Positions 26,993 to 36,218 of a DNA stretch of 64,000 nucleotides are shown piece after piece. The stretch lies in contig CAWANH010000028.1 in NCBI GenBank assembly GCA_963783375.1, positions 1,920,001 through 1,984,000 of the forward strand. Direction: 5' to 3'. The notes below the pieces were generated by a model. The model was given only the letters and a program-made list of their open reading frames with translations. It was not told the DNA's origin and made no database searches. The stretch is from Candidatus Eiseniibacteriota bacterium. Lineage in GTDB: Bacteria; Eisenbacteria; RBG-16-71-46; JABDJR01. Each line of letters begins with the position of its first letter. The first letter of the stretch is position 1. The translations under genes and the position numbers were made by a program.

Positions 26993-27648
26993 TGAAACGA
27001 GTTTCCTGGTTCCTGACCGCCGGGCTCACGCCGATCCTGGCCGCCGCGCTGGCGCTTCCCGCCGGCGTGGCGCTCTCCGCCGGAGCGGCCCGGGCCGCCG
27101 ACGATCCGCCCGCCGCCGTCTCGAACCCCGCGCCTCCCGCCCGGGGCGATCGGGCGGCGTGGCTGTCGGATCGCCTCGGTCTCCGCGAAGGGGACATCGT
27201 GACCGTGATCATCGACGAGCAGACGAGCGCCCACGAGCAGGTCTCCCAGACCGGGACCGACCAGCACAACGTCTCCGCCAATCTCAGCGCCACCTCCGAC
27301 GGCGAGTCGGCCATGGGCAACACCGGGTTCGGCTCCAAGTGGTCGGCGGACTCCCGCGAGGGGGGCCAGGCCGACCGGAAGGGCGGCCTCTCCGGGGTGT
27401 TGAGCGCCCAGGTTCTCGACGTGGACACGCGGGGGGTGGCCCGGATCGAGGGGCACAAGACGGTGACCATCGACGGGCGGGCCCAGGAGATCACCCTGAC
27501 CGGGAGGGTCCGGACCGAGGACCTCTCCTCCAACAACGTGGTCCTCTCCAGCCGCCTCGCCGACGCCTCCATCAGCTACAAGGGCAAGAAGATGAGCGCC
27601 AAGAAGGGCATCATCGGAAAGATCGTGTCGATACTATGGCCATTCTGA
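26989..27648 (+). CDS. flgH: Flagellar L-ring protein FlgH
   Basis: SDR....GDIVTVIIDE, IEG.K.V.I, G.VR.ED...N.V.S..LADA.ISY.G, WPF end. Confidence 0.92.
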   Translation: MMKRVSWFLTAGLTPILAAALALPAGVALSAGAARAADDPPAAVSNPAPPARGDRAAWLSDRLGLREGDIVTVIIDEQTSAHEQVSQTGTDQHNVSANLSATSDGESAMGNTGFGSKWSADSREGGQADRKGGLSGVLSAQVLDVDTRGVARIEGHKTVTIDGRAQEITLTGRVRTEDLSSNNVVLSSRLADASISYKGKKMSAKKGIIGKIVSILWPF

Positions 27649-28679
27649 AACGACTTTTCCCGCTGGTATTGCTGATCGCCATGATCCCGGCGCCCCGGAG
27701 CGCCCGGGCCGAGTCCCTGGCGCGGATCGGAGACCTCACCCGTCACGAGGGGGACGTTCCCCGCCGGCTGGTGGGCTACGGCCTGGTGGTCGGCCTGGAC
27801 GGAACCGGGGACCGGAGCTTCGGAGGGATCTCCTCCCAGAACGCCACCGTGCATTCGGTGGTGAACCTCCTCCGGCGGTTCAACGTGGAGGTGCCGGCCG
27901 AATACCTCCGGCTCAGGAACGTGGCCGCGGTGCTCGTCACCGCCGAGGTCTCGCCGTATCTCCGGACCGGGGGACGGTTCGAAGTCCAGGTCTCCGCCCT
28001 GGGGGACGCGGTCTCCCTGGAGGGCGGGGTGCTCTGGATGGCGCCGCTGGTGACCGATCCCGGCCGGCCTCCCGAGGCCACCGCCCAGGGGCCGGTGATG
28101 GTGACCGCGGCGGATCGCACCATAGGGCCCTACCTCCGCCCCACCAACTCCGGGCGGATCCCCGAAGGGGGGATCCTGGAGACCGACCCGCCTCCGGTGG
28201 CCGGCGCGGACGCCCGTCTTTACCTGCGCCGGCCCGACCGGGTCTCGGCGCGGCGAATCGCCGAGACCATCAACCAGGCTCTGGGGGACGGGACCGCGGC
28301 GGTCGAGGATCCCGGCTCCATCAAGCTCGAGCTCAAACCGGAGAACTCCGGGGAGATGCTCGCCGCCATCGATACCCTCTCCGTCCGGGCCTCGGCTCCG
28401 GCCCGGGTCGTCATCCACGCCCGGGACGGGCTGGTGGTGGCCGGGGGAGAGGTCCGGGTGGGAATCGCGGTGGTGAGCACCCAGGGGATCACCCTCCAGA
28501 TCGGGGGGGAAGCGCCGCAATACGACACCCGGGGCCTGGTCTACATGGATCCCGAGGCCCTGGTGCAGGACGTGGCCGCCGGCCTCCACGCGGTGGGGGC
28601 GCGTCCGGCGGAGATCGCCGCGGTCTTCGAGGCGCTCCGCGACGCCGGGGCCCTCGACGCCGAGGTGGTGGTCCGATGA
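27636..28679 (+). CDS. flgI: Flagellar P-ring protein FlgI
   Basis: LVGYGLVVGLDGTGD, NVAAVLVTA, GDA.SL.GG.L, AGAL.AE. Confidence 0.95.
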   Translation: MAILKRLFPLVLLIAMIPAPRSARAESLARIGDLTRHEGDVPRRLVGYGLVVGLDGTGDRSFGGISSQNATVHSVVNLLRRFNVEVPAEYLRLRNVAAVLVTAEVSPYLRTGGRFEVQVSALGDAVSLEGGVLWMAPLVTDPGRPPEATAQGPVMVTAADRTIGPYLRPTNSGRIPEGGILETDPPPVAGADARLYLRRPDRVSARRIAETINQALGDGTAAVEDPGSIKLELKPENSGEMLAAIDTLSVRASAPARVVIHARDGLVVAGGEVRVGIAVVSTQGITLQIGGEAPQYDTRGLVYMDPEALVQDVAAGLHAVGARPAEIAAVFEALRDAGALDAEVVVR

Positions 28680-28966
28680 GCGTCAACGGCCTGGGGAGCC
28701 CGCCTCCGCCCGACGCCGCCGGGAAGCCGGCCCGCGAGCTTCGCTGGGCCTGCCACGAGATGGAGGGGGTGTTCCTCCGCCAGCTCTTCCAGGCAATGCG
28801 GGACACCGTGCCGAAGAACGACGTCCTCGGGAGTTCCCCGGGAGAAGACACCTTCACCGCGCTTCTCGACGACCGGCTGGCCGCCGACGCCGCGCAGAAA
28901 ATGGACCGGGGCCTCGGAGAGGCGCTCTATCGCCAGCTCTCGCGGCGACTCGGCCTGGAGAAATGA
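28676..28966 (+). CDS. flgJ: Single-domain rod-binding FlgJ (no muramidase)
   Basis: LR.AC.E.EG.FL.QL...MR.TVP, GL.EALYRQL. Confidence 0.85.
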   Translation: MSVNGLGSPPPPDAAGKPARELRWACHEMEGVFLRQLFQAMRDTVPKNDVLGSSPGEDTFTALLDDRLAADAAQKMDRGLGEALYRQLSRRLGLEK

Positions 28967-29502
28967 TGGCGCGCGCCCCCCGATTTGAACCGACCCCCCC
29001 GCCGGCCGAGGCTCCCCTGGACGTGCAGGCGCTGGCTCGGTCCCTGGACCAGGAGGCCGCTCTCCTGGCCGAGCTGATCGAGACCCTTGTCGGGCAGCGG
29101 GGAGCGGTGGCTTCGGGCGACCTCGAACAGGTCTTCGCCGGGAGCGAACGGGTCACCGGAACCCTTCTGAAGCTCGACCGGGCCCGGACCGGACGGCGGG
29201 AACTCCTGGCCCGCGGGACCGGGGACCCGGCCCTTCCACTCGCCGACCTCGAGCAGCGGCTCGGCCGGCCGCTCCCCGAGGCGGCGGTGCGGGCCCGGAA
29301 ACATCTCCGCGACGCGGCGGGCCGGGCCGAGCGCGAGCTGGCCATCAACCGGGCGGTGCTCCGTCGGGCCCAGGATGCCGGCGAGGCCCAGTTCCACGCG
29401 CTCCTCACCTGGCTCGAGCGCGAAACCCCCCTCTATGGACCCACTTCCGGGACGCCTCGCGGGAACGAACGCGGGGCCCTGGTGGTGGACAAGGTGGTGT
29501 GA
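28963..29502 (+). CDS. flgN: Flagellar export chaperone FlgN
   Basis: Helical, Q..A...GD, N..VL motif; directly before flgK. Confidence 0.7.
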   Translation: MMARAPRFEPTPPPAEAPLDVQALARSLDQEAALLAELIETLVGQRGAVASGDLEQVFAGSERVTGTLLKLDRARTGRRELLARGTGDPALPLADLEQRLGRPLPEAAVRARKHLRDAAGRAERELAINRAVLRRAQDAGEAQFHALLTWLERETPLYGPTSGTPRGNERGALVVDKVV

Positions 29503-29503
29503 C

Positions 29504-30838
29504 ATGTCGTTTTCCAGCGTGCTCAACATCGCCCGTTCCGCGCTCTTCGTCCAGCAACGGGCGATGAGCCTCACCGCCGGCAACATCGCCAACGCCCAGA
29601 CCCCCGGATACACCCGGCGTCGCCTGGTGCTGGAGGCGGCCGGGTTCGGGGGATTCGGCTCCGGAGTCCGCGCCGCCGAGATGACCCGGACCCGCGATCC
29701 CTTCCTGGACGCCTCCTATCGGCGGGAGGTGGGGTTCCTGGGGACGGCGCAGTCCAACAACTACTTCCTGACCCAGGTGGAGGGGGCGATGAACGAACCG
29801 TCGGACGGCGGCGTCTCCGCGGCCCTCGATTCCTTCTTCAACGCCTTCGGGACCCTGGCCGGCGATCCGGCGAACCCGGTAAGCCGGGAAGAGGTCCGCG
29901 CGTCCGGAGACCGGCTTGCCCAGCGCATCCGGCGCCTCGCCCTGTCGATCACCGACGCCCAGAACCAGGCCAAGGCCAGTCTGAGCTCGGAGATCGCCGA
30001 CGTGAACGCGACCGCGCAGCGGATCGCCGACATGAACCAGCGCATCCAGGCCGCGGGGGGGAGCGCCGGCGCCTCGGCCGACCTTCTCGATCAGCGGGAT
30101 CAGCTGGTGGACCGCCTGGCCGGGATGCTGCCGGTCCAGGTCACCCAGGCCGGGGACGGATCCATCACCGTGAACACCGGCGGCGTGACGCTGGTGACCG
30201 GGGGAAACGTGCAGGCCCTGGAGGTCAAGAGCCTCGGCGCGGGGGGGACCGGCATCGGACCCAAGTCGGGGGGCGCGTTGCTCAGCCCGGAATCGGGGAG
30301 CATCAAGGCCCTGACCGAGCTCACCGCCACGACGCTTCCCGGCTACCTCGACAAGCTCGATTCCCTGGCCCGAGAGGTGGTGACCCGGGTGAATGCGCTC
30401 CACGAGTCCGGGACCACCGCCGACGGTCGGACCGGGGTGGACTTCTTCGACCCGAACGGCGTCACCGCCGCCACCATCAATCTCTCCGCCGACGTTACCG
30501 CCTCCACCGACGCCGTGCTCGAGGAGGGGGATCCCTTGCGGGCCATCGGTTCCCTGGCCGGCGGCTCCATCGACGGCTTGGGCGGAGCCACCTTCAGCGA
30601 CTTCTACTCCGCCTTTGCGGCCAACGTGGGGCGGTCGGTCCGCGACGCCCAGATTGACGAGGCGGCCTGCCGGTCCCTCACCGCGGAGGCCGATTCCCGC
30701 CGGGCTTCGGTGGAGGGGGTGTCGGTGGACGAGGAGATGGTGAACCTCATCGGCCAGCAGGAGGCCTACCAGGCTGCGGCGCGCCTGGTGGGGGTGGCCG
30801 ATCAGATGATCCAGGAGATCCTGTCGATCACCGGCTAG
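29504..30838 (+). CDS. flgK: Flagellar hook-associated protein FlgK
   Basis: NIANA.TPGYTR, DLLDQRD.L, GVSVDEEMVNL...Q.AYQAAAR. Confidence 0.95.
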   Translation: MSFSSVLNIARSALFVQQRAMSLTAGNIANAQTPGYTRRRLVLEAAGFGGFGSGVRAAEMTRTRDPFLDASYRREVGFLGTAQSNNYFLTQVEGAMNEPSDGGVSAALDSFFNAFGTLAGDPANPVSREEVRASGDRLAQRIRRLALSITDAQNQAKASLSSEIADVNATAQRIADMNQRIQAAGGSAGASADLLDQRDQLVDRLAGMLPVQVTQAGDGSITVNTGGVTLVTGGNVQALEVKSLGAGGTGIGPKSGGALLSPESGSIKALTELTATTLPGYLDKLDSLAREVVTRVNALHESGTTADGRTGVDFFDPNGVTAATINLSADVTASTDAVLEEGDPLRAIGSLAGGSIDGLGGATFSDFYSAFAANVGRSVRDAQIDEAACRSLTAEADSRRASVEGVSVDEEMVNLIGQQEAYQAAARLVGVADQMIQEILSITG

Positions 30839-31814
30839 ACGCTTCCTTCGCACCCGCGCCGGCGGGATCCACGACCGCGCCCTGGAGAGAGCCCTCCGGC
30901 CCCGGCGACGTTGTCGAATCCACCGCCGCCCCGTGCAGGCCGGCCCCCGCGCCCGGCGCGCCCGCCGAGTCCCCGGCGGCGCCGTGGAGCTCGCCGTCCG
31001 CGGCTCCGGTGTCCACCGAGTCCGCGGCCGCGGCGTCGGGATCCTGGTCGTTCAGGAGCATCATGATGGTGACGCGGCGATTCCGGGGGGAGAACGGGTC
31101 GTCGGGGAGCTTGGGCTCCCGATCCGCGAAAGCGCGGACCTGGACGATCTGCTTCGGATGCAGGCCGTGCTCGGTGAGGATCCGGCGGGCCACGTTGGCC
31201 CGGTCGGCGCTCAGCTCCCAGTTCGTGTACCCGTTGGTGCTCGGATAGGCGTAGGCGTCGGTGTGCCCCTCGACCCGGACCGGAAGATCGAGGGCGGAAA
31301 GCTCACGGCCGAGCAGGGCCAGGACGGCCTGGCCGGCCTGGCTGGGAGTAGCTGCGCCCTTCTGGAAGAGGAAGCCGCTCTCGTCCTCTATCAGCTCGAT
31401 CCGCAGGCCCTCATCGGTGAGGGTGACCTCGATGTGATCGCCCAGCTTGGCGAGGTCCGGGGTCTCCCGGAGCTTCTTCTCGATGTTCTTCGCCATGCTT
31501 TTCAACCGGTCGCGCCGGAGCTCCAACACGTCCAGGTTGTTCATGGCCTTCCGCACGGTCTGGGACTGGGCGCCGTCCCCGGGGAGAATGGAGCTTCCGA
31601 ACTCGTCGGCCCGGCCCAGCGGGTCCTGGAAGTAGCCGGCGATGGCCGACTTGATGTCGGTGCTCTGGTTGACCAGCCACAGGACGAGGAAGAGACAGAA
31701 CATGGCGGTCATGAAATCGGCCAGGGCGACCTTCCAGGCTCCGCCGTGGTGGGCCTCCGCCCGCCGCCGCTTGCGGATGATGATCTGGACCGGCTCGTCA
31801 CGCTTCTTCTTCAT
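30828..31814 (-). CDS. motB: Flagellar motor stator protein MotB
   Basis: HHGGAWKVALADFMTAM, OmpA domain EGHTDA, NWELSADRA, NRRV. Confidence 0.95.
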   Translation of the reverse strand: MKKKRDEPVQIIIRKRRRAEAHHGGAWKVALADFMTAMFCLFLVLWLVNQSTDIKSAIAGYFQDPLGRADEFGSSILPGDGAQSQTVRKAMNNLDVLELRRDRLKSMAKNIEKKLRETPDLAKLGDHIEVTLTDEGLRIELIEDESGFLFQKGAATPSQAGQAVLALLGRELSALDLPVRVEGHTDAYAYPSTNGYTNWELSADRANVARRILTEHGLHPKQIVQVRAFADREPKLPDDPFSPRNRRVTIMMLLNDQDPDAAAADSVDTGAADGELHGAAGDSAGAPGAGAGLHGAAVDSTTSPGPEGSLQGAVVDPAGAGAKEASSR

Positions 31815-31831
31815 CTACCCCTCCCCGGCGG

Positions 31832-32728
31832 TCACGCGGCCTGGGCCAGGGTCTCGGAGGAAGCGGCCGGCCGGCGCTTGAGCTCCTGCATCGCCGCCTC
31901 CATCTCCGCGAAGTCGGGCCTCACCTCCGCCACGATCGAGCGCCGGGCGAACTCCACCGAGATCATGGGGGAAGCTCCCTTGGCCACCGCGGTGACCGCG
32001 GCCTTGATGAAGTAGTAGAAGCGGACCTCGGCCGCCTTGCGGTTCTCCAGGGCATTGGCCAGGGGTCCGGCGAAGCCGTAGGCCAGGAGCACGCCCAGGA
32101 AGGTCCCGGTGAGGGCGGCGGCCACGTGCTCCCCGACCCGCTCGATGGGTCCGTTGATGGCCCCCATGGTGACCACGATCCCCAGCACCGCGGCCACGAT
32201 GCCGATCCCGGGAAGGGCGTCGCTTACCCGCTGCAGAACCTTCACCCCCATGCCTTCCTCCTCCTCGCGCACCTCGATGTCGGTCTCCATCATCATGTCC
32301 AGGTCGTGGGGGGAGACGCTTCCCATGAGCACGAGCCGCAGGGAGTCGCAGAGGAACTCCACCGCGGCAAAGTGGGCCAGAACATCGGCATAGCGCTGGA
32401 AGAGGGCGCTTTCCCGGGGTTTCTCGATGTGGGACTCGATGGCCACCAGGCCGTCTCGCTGGGCGGTCTGGAAGAGCTCGAAGAGGAGCTTCAGGGCGTC
32501 GAGGTAGAGGCGCCGGTTGAACGGAGCGGGGCGGATGAGTCCGGGGAGGTCGCGGAGCAGGGCGCGCAGGGTGGGGTTGGGGGTCGAGATGAGGACGGTC
32601 CCCACCGCGGTCCCGCCCACCACCATGAACTCGGAGATGTGAAAGAGGGCGGGGATCTTCCCCCCGGCAATGGAAAAGCCGCCGAGCACCGAGACGACGA
32701 CGACCAACAACCCGAACAAGGCGATCAT
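31832..32728 (-). CDS. motA: Flagellar motor stator protein MotA
   Basis: DALPGIGIVAAVLGIV.TM, ALTGTFLGVLLAYG, VEFARR. Confidence 0.95.
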   Translation of the reverse strand: MIALFGLLVVVVSVLGGFSIAGGKIPALFHISEFMVVGGTAVGTVLISTPNPTLRALLRDLPGLIRPAPFNRRLYLDALKLLFELFQTAQRDGLVAIESHIEKPRESALFQRYADVLAHFAAVEFLCDSLRLVLMGSVSPHDLDMMMETDIEVREEEEGMGVKVLQRVSDALPGIGIVAAVLGIVVTMGAINGPIERVGEHVAAALTGTFLGVLLAYGFAGPLANALENRKAAEVRFYYFIKAAVTAVAKGASPMISVEFARRSIVAEVRPDFAEMEAAMQELKRRPAASSETLAQAA

Positions 32729-32780
32729 GAGCGGTCCCCCAGAGATCCCAGGATGCTTCGCAGATGTGCGTCCAACTTCA

Positions 32781-32807
32781 GTGTCGGAGGGGAGGGGGGG
32801 AACTTGA
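32781..32807 (-). promoter_or_regulatory. Putative sigma28 promoter of motAB
   Basis: Minus strand TCAA-N15-TCCGACAC; shares CTCAAGTTCCC...CCCTCCGA.ACT with the flagellin promoter. Confidence 0.7.
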
Positions 32808-32897
32808 GGGGGCCGGGGCGCATTGCAGATTGCAACGCGCCCCGGCCGGAAGGGGATCAGTCGGTGTAGCGGCCCCCGGCCTCCGACCCCACACGAA

Positions 32898-32924
32898 CGG
32901 GGCGGCCCGTCTCCGGACCGCCCC
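32898..32924 (-). terminator. GC hairpin downstream of the anti-sigma gene
   Basis: GGGGCGGTCCG-GAGA-CGGGCCGCCCC stem with only a weak U tail. Confidence 0.45.
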
Positions 32925-32950
32925 GCGAAACACCACCGGCCTGAGCCGGA

Positions 32951-34072
32951 TCAGTTGTCCTTGGTGTACTGCTTCTTGAGCTTGCCCCAGGAGGTGGGTT
33001 CGGTGGCGGTGGGGGCGGCGCCGGCGGGGGCGCCGGCCGAGAGCACCTCGACCTGCCCGTCCTGGACGCTCACCGAGAGACCGTCCATCCCCTGGGCGGC
33101 CAGGGCCTCCTGGATCCGGGCGGCCAGCTCGGAGTCGCCCAGCGATCCCGGATCGTCGATGGTCACCGTCCCGCTCTTTCCCGCGTCGGTGACGTCGAGG
33201 ATCAGGTGCTCGCCGGCGTCGTCCTGGGTTCTCCGCATGCGGATCTCGGCCCGGTGGAGGTCCCCGCCCAGGGGCTTCCCGTCCGAGGTGAGCTGGACCT
33301 CGACCGGTTGGTCGGGGATCGGGGTGGAGCCGTCGCTCTCCGCCTTGACCTGGATCTCCATCTTCCCGGGTTCGTCCATGGTGACCGAGACCTGGGCGTT
33401 GGGGATCCCCGCCGCCGCCAGTTCCTGGGCGATCTCCGCTTCGATCTCCGACGCGCTCTTTCCGTCCACGCTCACCTGGATCACGTTGTCCAGCATCATG
33501 GCGTAGACGTTCCCCGAGGTCTTCTCGCGGATGGGGTCGACCGAAGCGCGGGCGGTGTACCCCTTGTCGGTGAGGGTGTGCACGAAGGCGCGGGTGATCG
33601 CCTTGGCCGGGGCTCCGTCCTTCGCGGGCACGGTGGTGCTGAGGCTGTAGGTCATGGCGTCGTCGCCGTTTCGAGCCTCCACCCGCACCGCGCCGGCGTC
33701 GAGCGCCCCCTTGAACTGGTGCACGATCCCGTCCAGGGTGCTTCGGGTGACCCCCGCCCCGGCCAGTTCCAGGGTCACCTTCTGTCCCACCGTGTGCTGG
33801 TAGGAAACCGGAATCACCAGGAGCGCGGCGGCGATCAGGGCCACCGCGGCGGGAACGGCCACTCGCGGCCGGCCTTTGAACCATCCAAGAAACGCCATCG
33901 GAATCTCCTCCCTCGGCCGCCCCGGACGCGAATCCGGGAGGCCCTCGACGATGTGATCGAGGGACGTCATGTCCCGGCGGGACGTCGCCCGCAGGGCCTC
34001 GAGATCCCGGTCGATCCGCGCGTCCGGGGATCCGGTCTTCGATTCGCGGCCGGGATCGGGAACGTTACTCAT
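32951..34072 (-). CDS. Putative membrane anti-sigma factor with C-terminal WGxLK motif
   Basis: Overlaps the ECF sigma stop; short cytoplasmic N-terminus, one TM, large extracytoplasmic part ending ATEPTSWGKLKKQY. Confidence 0.65.
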   Translation of the reverse strand: MSNVPDPGRESKTGSPDARIDRDLEALRATSRRDMTSLDHIVEGLPDSRPGRPREEIPMAFLGWFKGRPRVAVPAAVALIAAALLVIPVSYQHTVGQKVTLELAGAGVTRSTLDGIVHQFKGALDAGAVRVEARNGDDAMTYSLSTTVPAKDGAPAKAITRAFVHTLTDKGYTARASVDPIREKTSGNVYAMMLDNVIQVSVDGKSASEIEAEIAQELAAAGIPNAQVSVTMDEPGKMEIQVKAESDGSTPIPDQPVEVQLTSDGKPLGGDLHRAEIRMRRTQDDAGEHLILDVTDAGKSGTVTIDDPGSLGDSELAARIQEALAAQGMDGLSVSVQDGQVEVLSAGAPAGAAPTATEPTSWGKLKKQYTKDN

Positions 34073-34739
34073 GACTCCCTCCTGTTCGAGATGGACCTTC
34101 GTTGACGGAGGAGTAGACCGGGGCCAGGGCCTCGGCGGGGGAGAGGGCGATCCGGTGGGATTCCCGTCCCCCCCGCCTCGGGCCCCGGCCCGAGGGGGCC
34201 GCCGCGCTCGTGAACCCCAGGGTCCGGTAGTGGCGCCGGAGCCGTTCCCGGGCCCGAAGGACCCGCGACTTGACCGCCGCGACCGAGGCCTTCTGCAAGG
34301 CCGCGATCTCTTCCATCGAGAATCCCTCGAGTTCGTACAACACCAGCGCCTCCCGTTGCCCGGCGGAGAGTCGCGCCAGAGCGCGCGCCGCCCGCCGGGC
34401 GGAGTCGAATTCCTCCGCGTGGAGCCGGCCGTCCTCGCCCGCCGGATCCCGGTCCTTCGGAGGGGCGTCGGCGAGCGGGATCAACCGCTTCCAGAACGCC
34501 CTCCGGCACCGGGAACGGTGGACGGAGAGGAGAACGGCGAAGAACCAGGACCGGAAGCGGCCCTCCTCGCGGAGGGTGTGGAGCTTTCGCCAGGCCCGCA
34601 GGACCGCTTCCTGGTAGAGGTCGTCCCCCTCGCCGTTGTGACGGCTCAGGTTCCGCGCGGTCGATAGCGCCTGTTCGTGAATCGGCTCCAGGAGACGGAG
34701 GATCCGCTCCCACCGCCGTTCCGCTTCGTAGTCCTTCAT
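34065..34739 (-). CDS. ECF RNA polymerase sigma factor
   Basis: DDLYQEA.LRAW, FRSW, L...QREAL.L.ELEG.S.EEIA, VKSR..RAR. Confidence 0.92.
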   Translation of the reverse strand: MKDYEAERRWERILRLLEPIHEQALSTARNLSRHNGEGDDLYQEAVLRAWRKLHTLREEGRFRSWFFAVLLSVHRSRCRRAFWKRLIPLADAPPKDRDPAGEDGRLHAEEFDSARRAARALARLSAGQREALVLYELEGFSMEEIAALQKASVAAVKSRVLRARERLRRHYRTLGFTSAAAPSGRGPRRGGRESHRIALSPAEALAPVYSSVNEGPSRTGGSHE

Positions 34740-34917
34740 GCACCCTCCGGAAGGTGTCGGGCCGTTCCGGCCTTCGGGGGGGAGACGCCTCGAAGGGCCG
34801 GGGAGGATGCAGGAGAGTTTAGGGAATTCCCGGGGCGGACCCCGGGCAAAAATACAGGGGAGACCCTACCCGATGAGGTGGGGGGGGGAGGGGGCGGAGA
34901 CCGCTCGCCGCCCCGAC

Positions 34918-35688
34918 TCAGTGCAGCCGGAAGGTGACCGGGATCTGGACCCAGAGTTCCACCGGCTTGTGCTGGATGAGCGCCGGCTTGAACACCGCGG
35001 TCTTGGCCGCCCGGATGGCCGCGTCCTGGAGCGGGATCGGCCCGTCGATGACCCGGACGTCGGTGACCTTTCCGTCCTTTCCCACCAGGACCCACAGGAG
35101 CACCGCGCCCTCGACCCCGGCCTCCCGGGCCACCTCGGGGTAGACCGGCTGGTCCATCCGGAGTCGCACCGGCTGCTCGTCCACCGCCACGAAGTCGCCG
35201 GGGGCGGGGGTGGCGTCGCCCTCTCCGTTGCCCGGGCCGGACACCACCAGCGAATCGCCGGTGCCCGCGCCCAGGTCCTCCATGGACACCGGGGCCACGG
35301 ATTCCGACATCTCGGTCTGGGTGGCGATGGTGGGGGCCTTGGCCTTGACCTCGGGAACCGGTTCGGGGACGCCGATCGAGGGCGGGGCCACCGCCTGGGC
35401 GATGGCGAGCTGGGGCACGCTGGGCTTGGAGATGGAGGGCGGGACCCCCAGCTCGGTGTAGCGGACCATGTGGACCTGGCGGGTCACCGGCGCTTCCGGT
35501 TTTCCGCGACCGGCCAGGAACCAGGCGCCGAAGGCGATCAGCCCCACCGCCAGGGCGATCGCGTTGGCCCAGAGGAGCCACTTCACGAACTCGCGCTGGA
35601 GCGGGTGGCGCTCCCCGGTCAAAGGGAGGCTCGGGGCTCCGGTCAGGGTGAAGGCCCAGGGTGTGTGGGCGTTCGGTTGCGCGCTCAT
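34918..35688 (-). CDS. tonB: Energy transducer TonB
   Basis: TM, Pro-rich linker, YPE.AR.AG.EG.V...VLVGKDG.V C-domain. Confidence 0.92.
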   Translation of the reverse strand: MSAQPNAHTPWAFTLTGAPSLPLTGERHPLQREFVKWLLWANAIALAVGLIAFGAWFLAGRGKPEAPVTRQVHMVRYTELGVPPSISKPSVPQLAIAQAVAPPSIGVPEPVPEVKAKAPTIATQTEMSESVAPVSMEDLGAGTGDSLVVSGPGNGEGDATPAPGDFVAVDEQPVRLRMDQPVYPEVAREAGVEGAVLLWVLVGKDGKVTDVRVIDGPIPLQDAAIRAAKTAVFKPALIQHKPVELWVQIPVTFRLH

Positions 35689-36203
35689 TTCCCCCCTCCG
35701 GATTTCGCCTTCTCCAGGGTCTTCAAATCGGCGTCGTCCATGGGGACCACGCTGAACCGGTCGAGCTTGGCGTCTTCCATGATGTCCATCATGTTCACCA
35801 TGTCGTCGTAGCGGGCCAGACGGTGGATCTTGGCCAGGACGATGAGATCGGGGTTGGCCATGAGATCCGCCTCGAACACCGACTCCAGGCTGTCCCAGGC
35901 CACCGGGGTGAAGGCGGCGGTCCCGAGCCTCATGAGCACCGAGTCGTCCTGGTCCACCAGCAACGTCATCACGTTCTTTTCCGGCACCTCGACCTTGGCC
36001 CCGGGCTCGGGCATGTTGATCTCCATGGCCAGGGGCCGCCGGAACACCGTGGTCACCATGAAGAAGATGAGGAGCAGGAACGCGATGTCCACCATGGGGG
36101 TCATGTCGATCCGGATCCCGGTCCGGCGCCGCTTGCGGGCGCCGAAGATGCCTTCGGCGGGGATCCTGCGGCTGTCCGGGGCCGCCTGTTCCGTTCCGGC
36201 CAT
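35685..36203 (-). CDS. exbD: Biopolymer transporter ExbD
   Basis: IDMTPMVDIAFLLLIFF. Confidence 0.92.
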   Translation of the reverse strand: MAGTEQAAPDSRRIPAEGIFGARKRRRTGIRIDMTPMVDIAFLLLIFFMVTTVFRRPLAMEINMPEPGAKVEVPEKNVMTLLVDQDDSVLMRLGTAAFTPVAWDSLESVFEADLMANPDLIVLAKIHRLARYDDMVNMMDIMEDAKLDRFSVVPMDDADLKTLEKAKSGGGK

Positions 36204-36218
36204 CGTGGCTCCTCCGGT

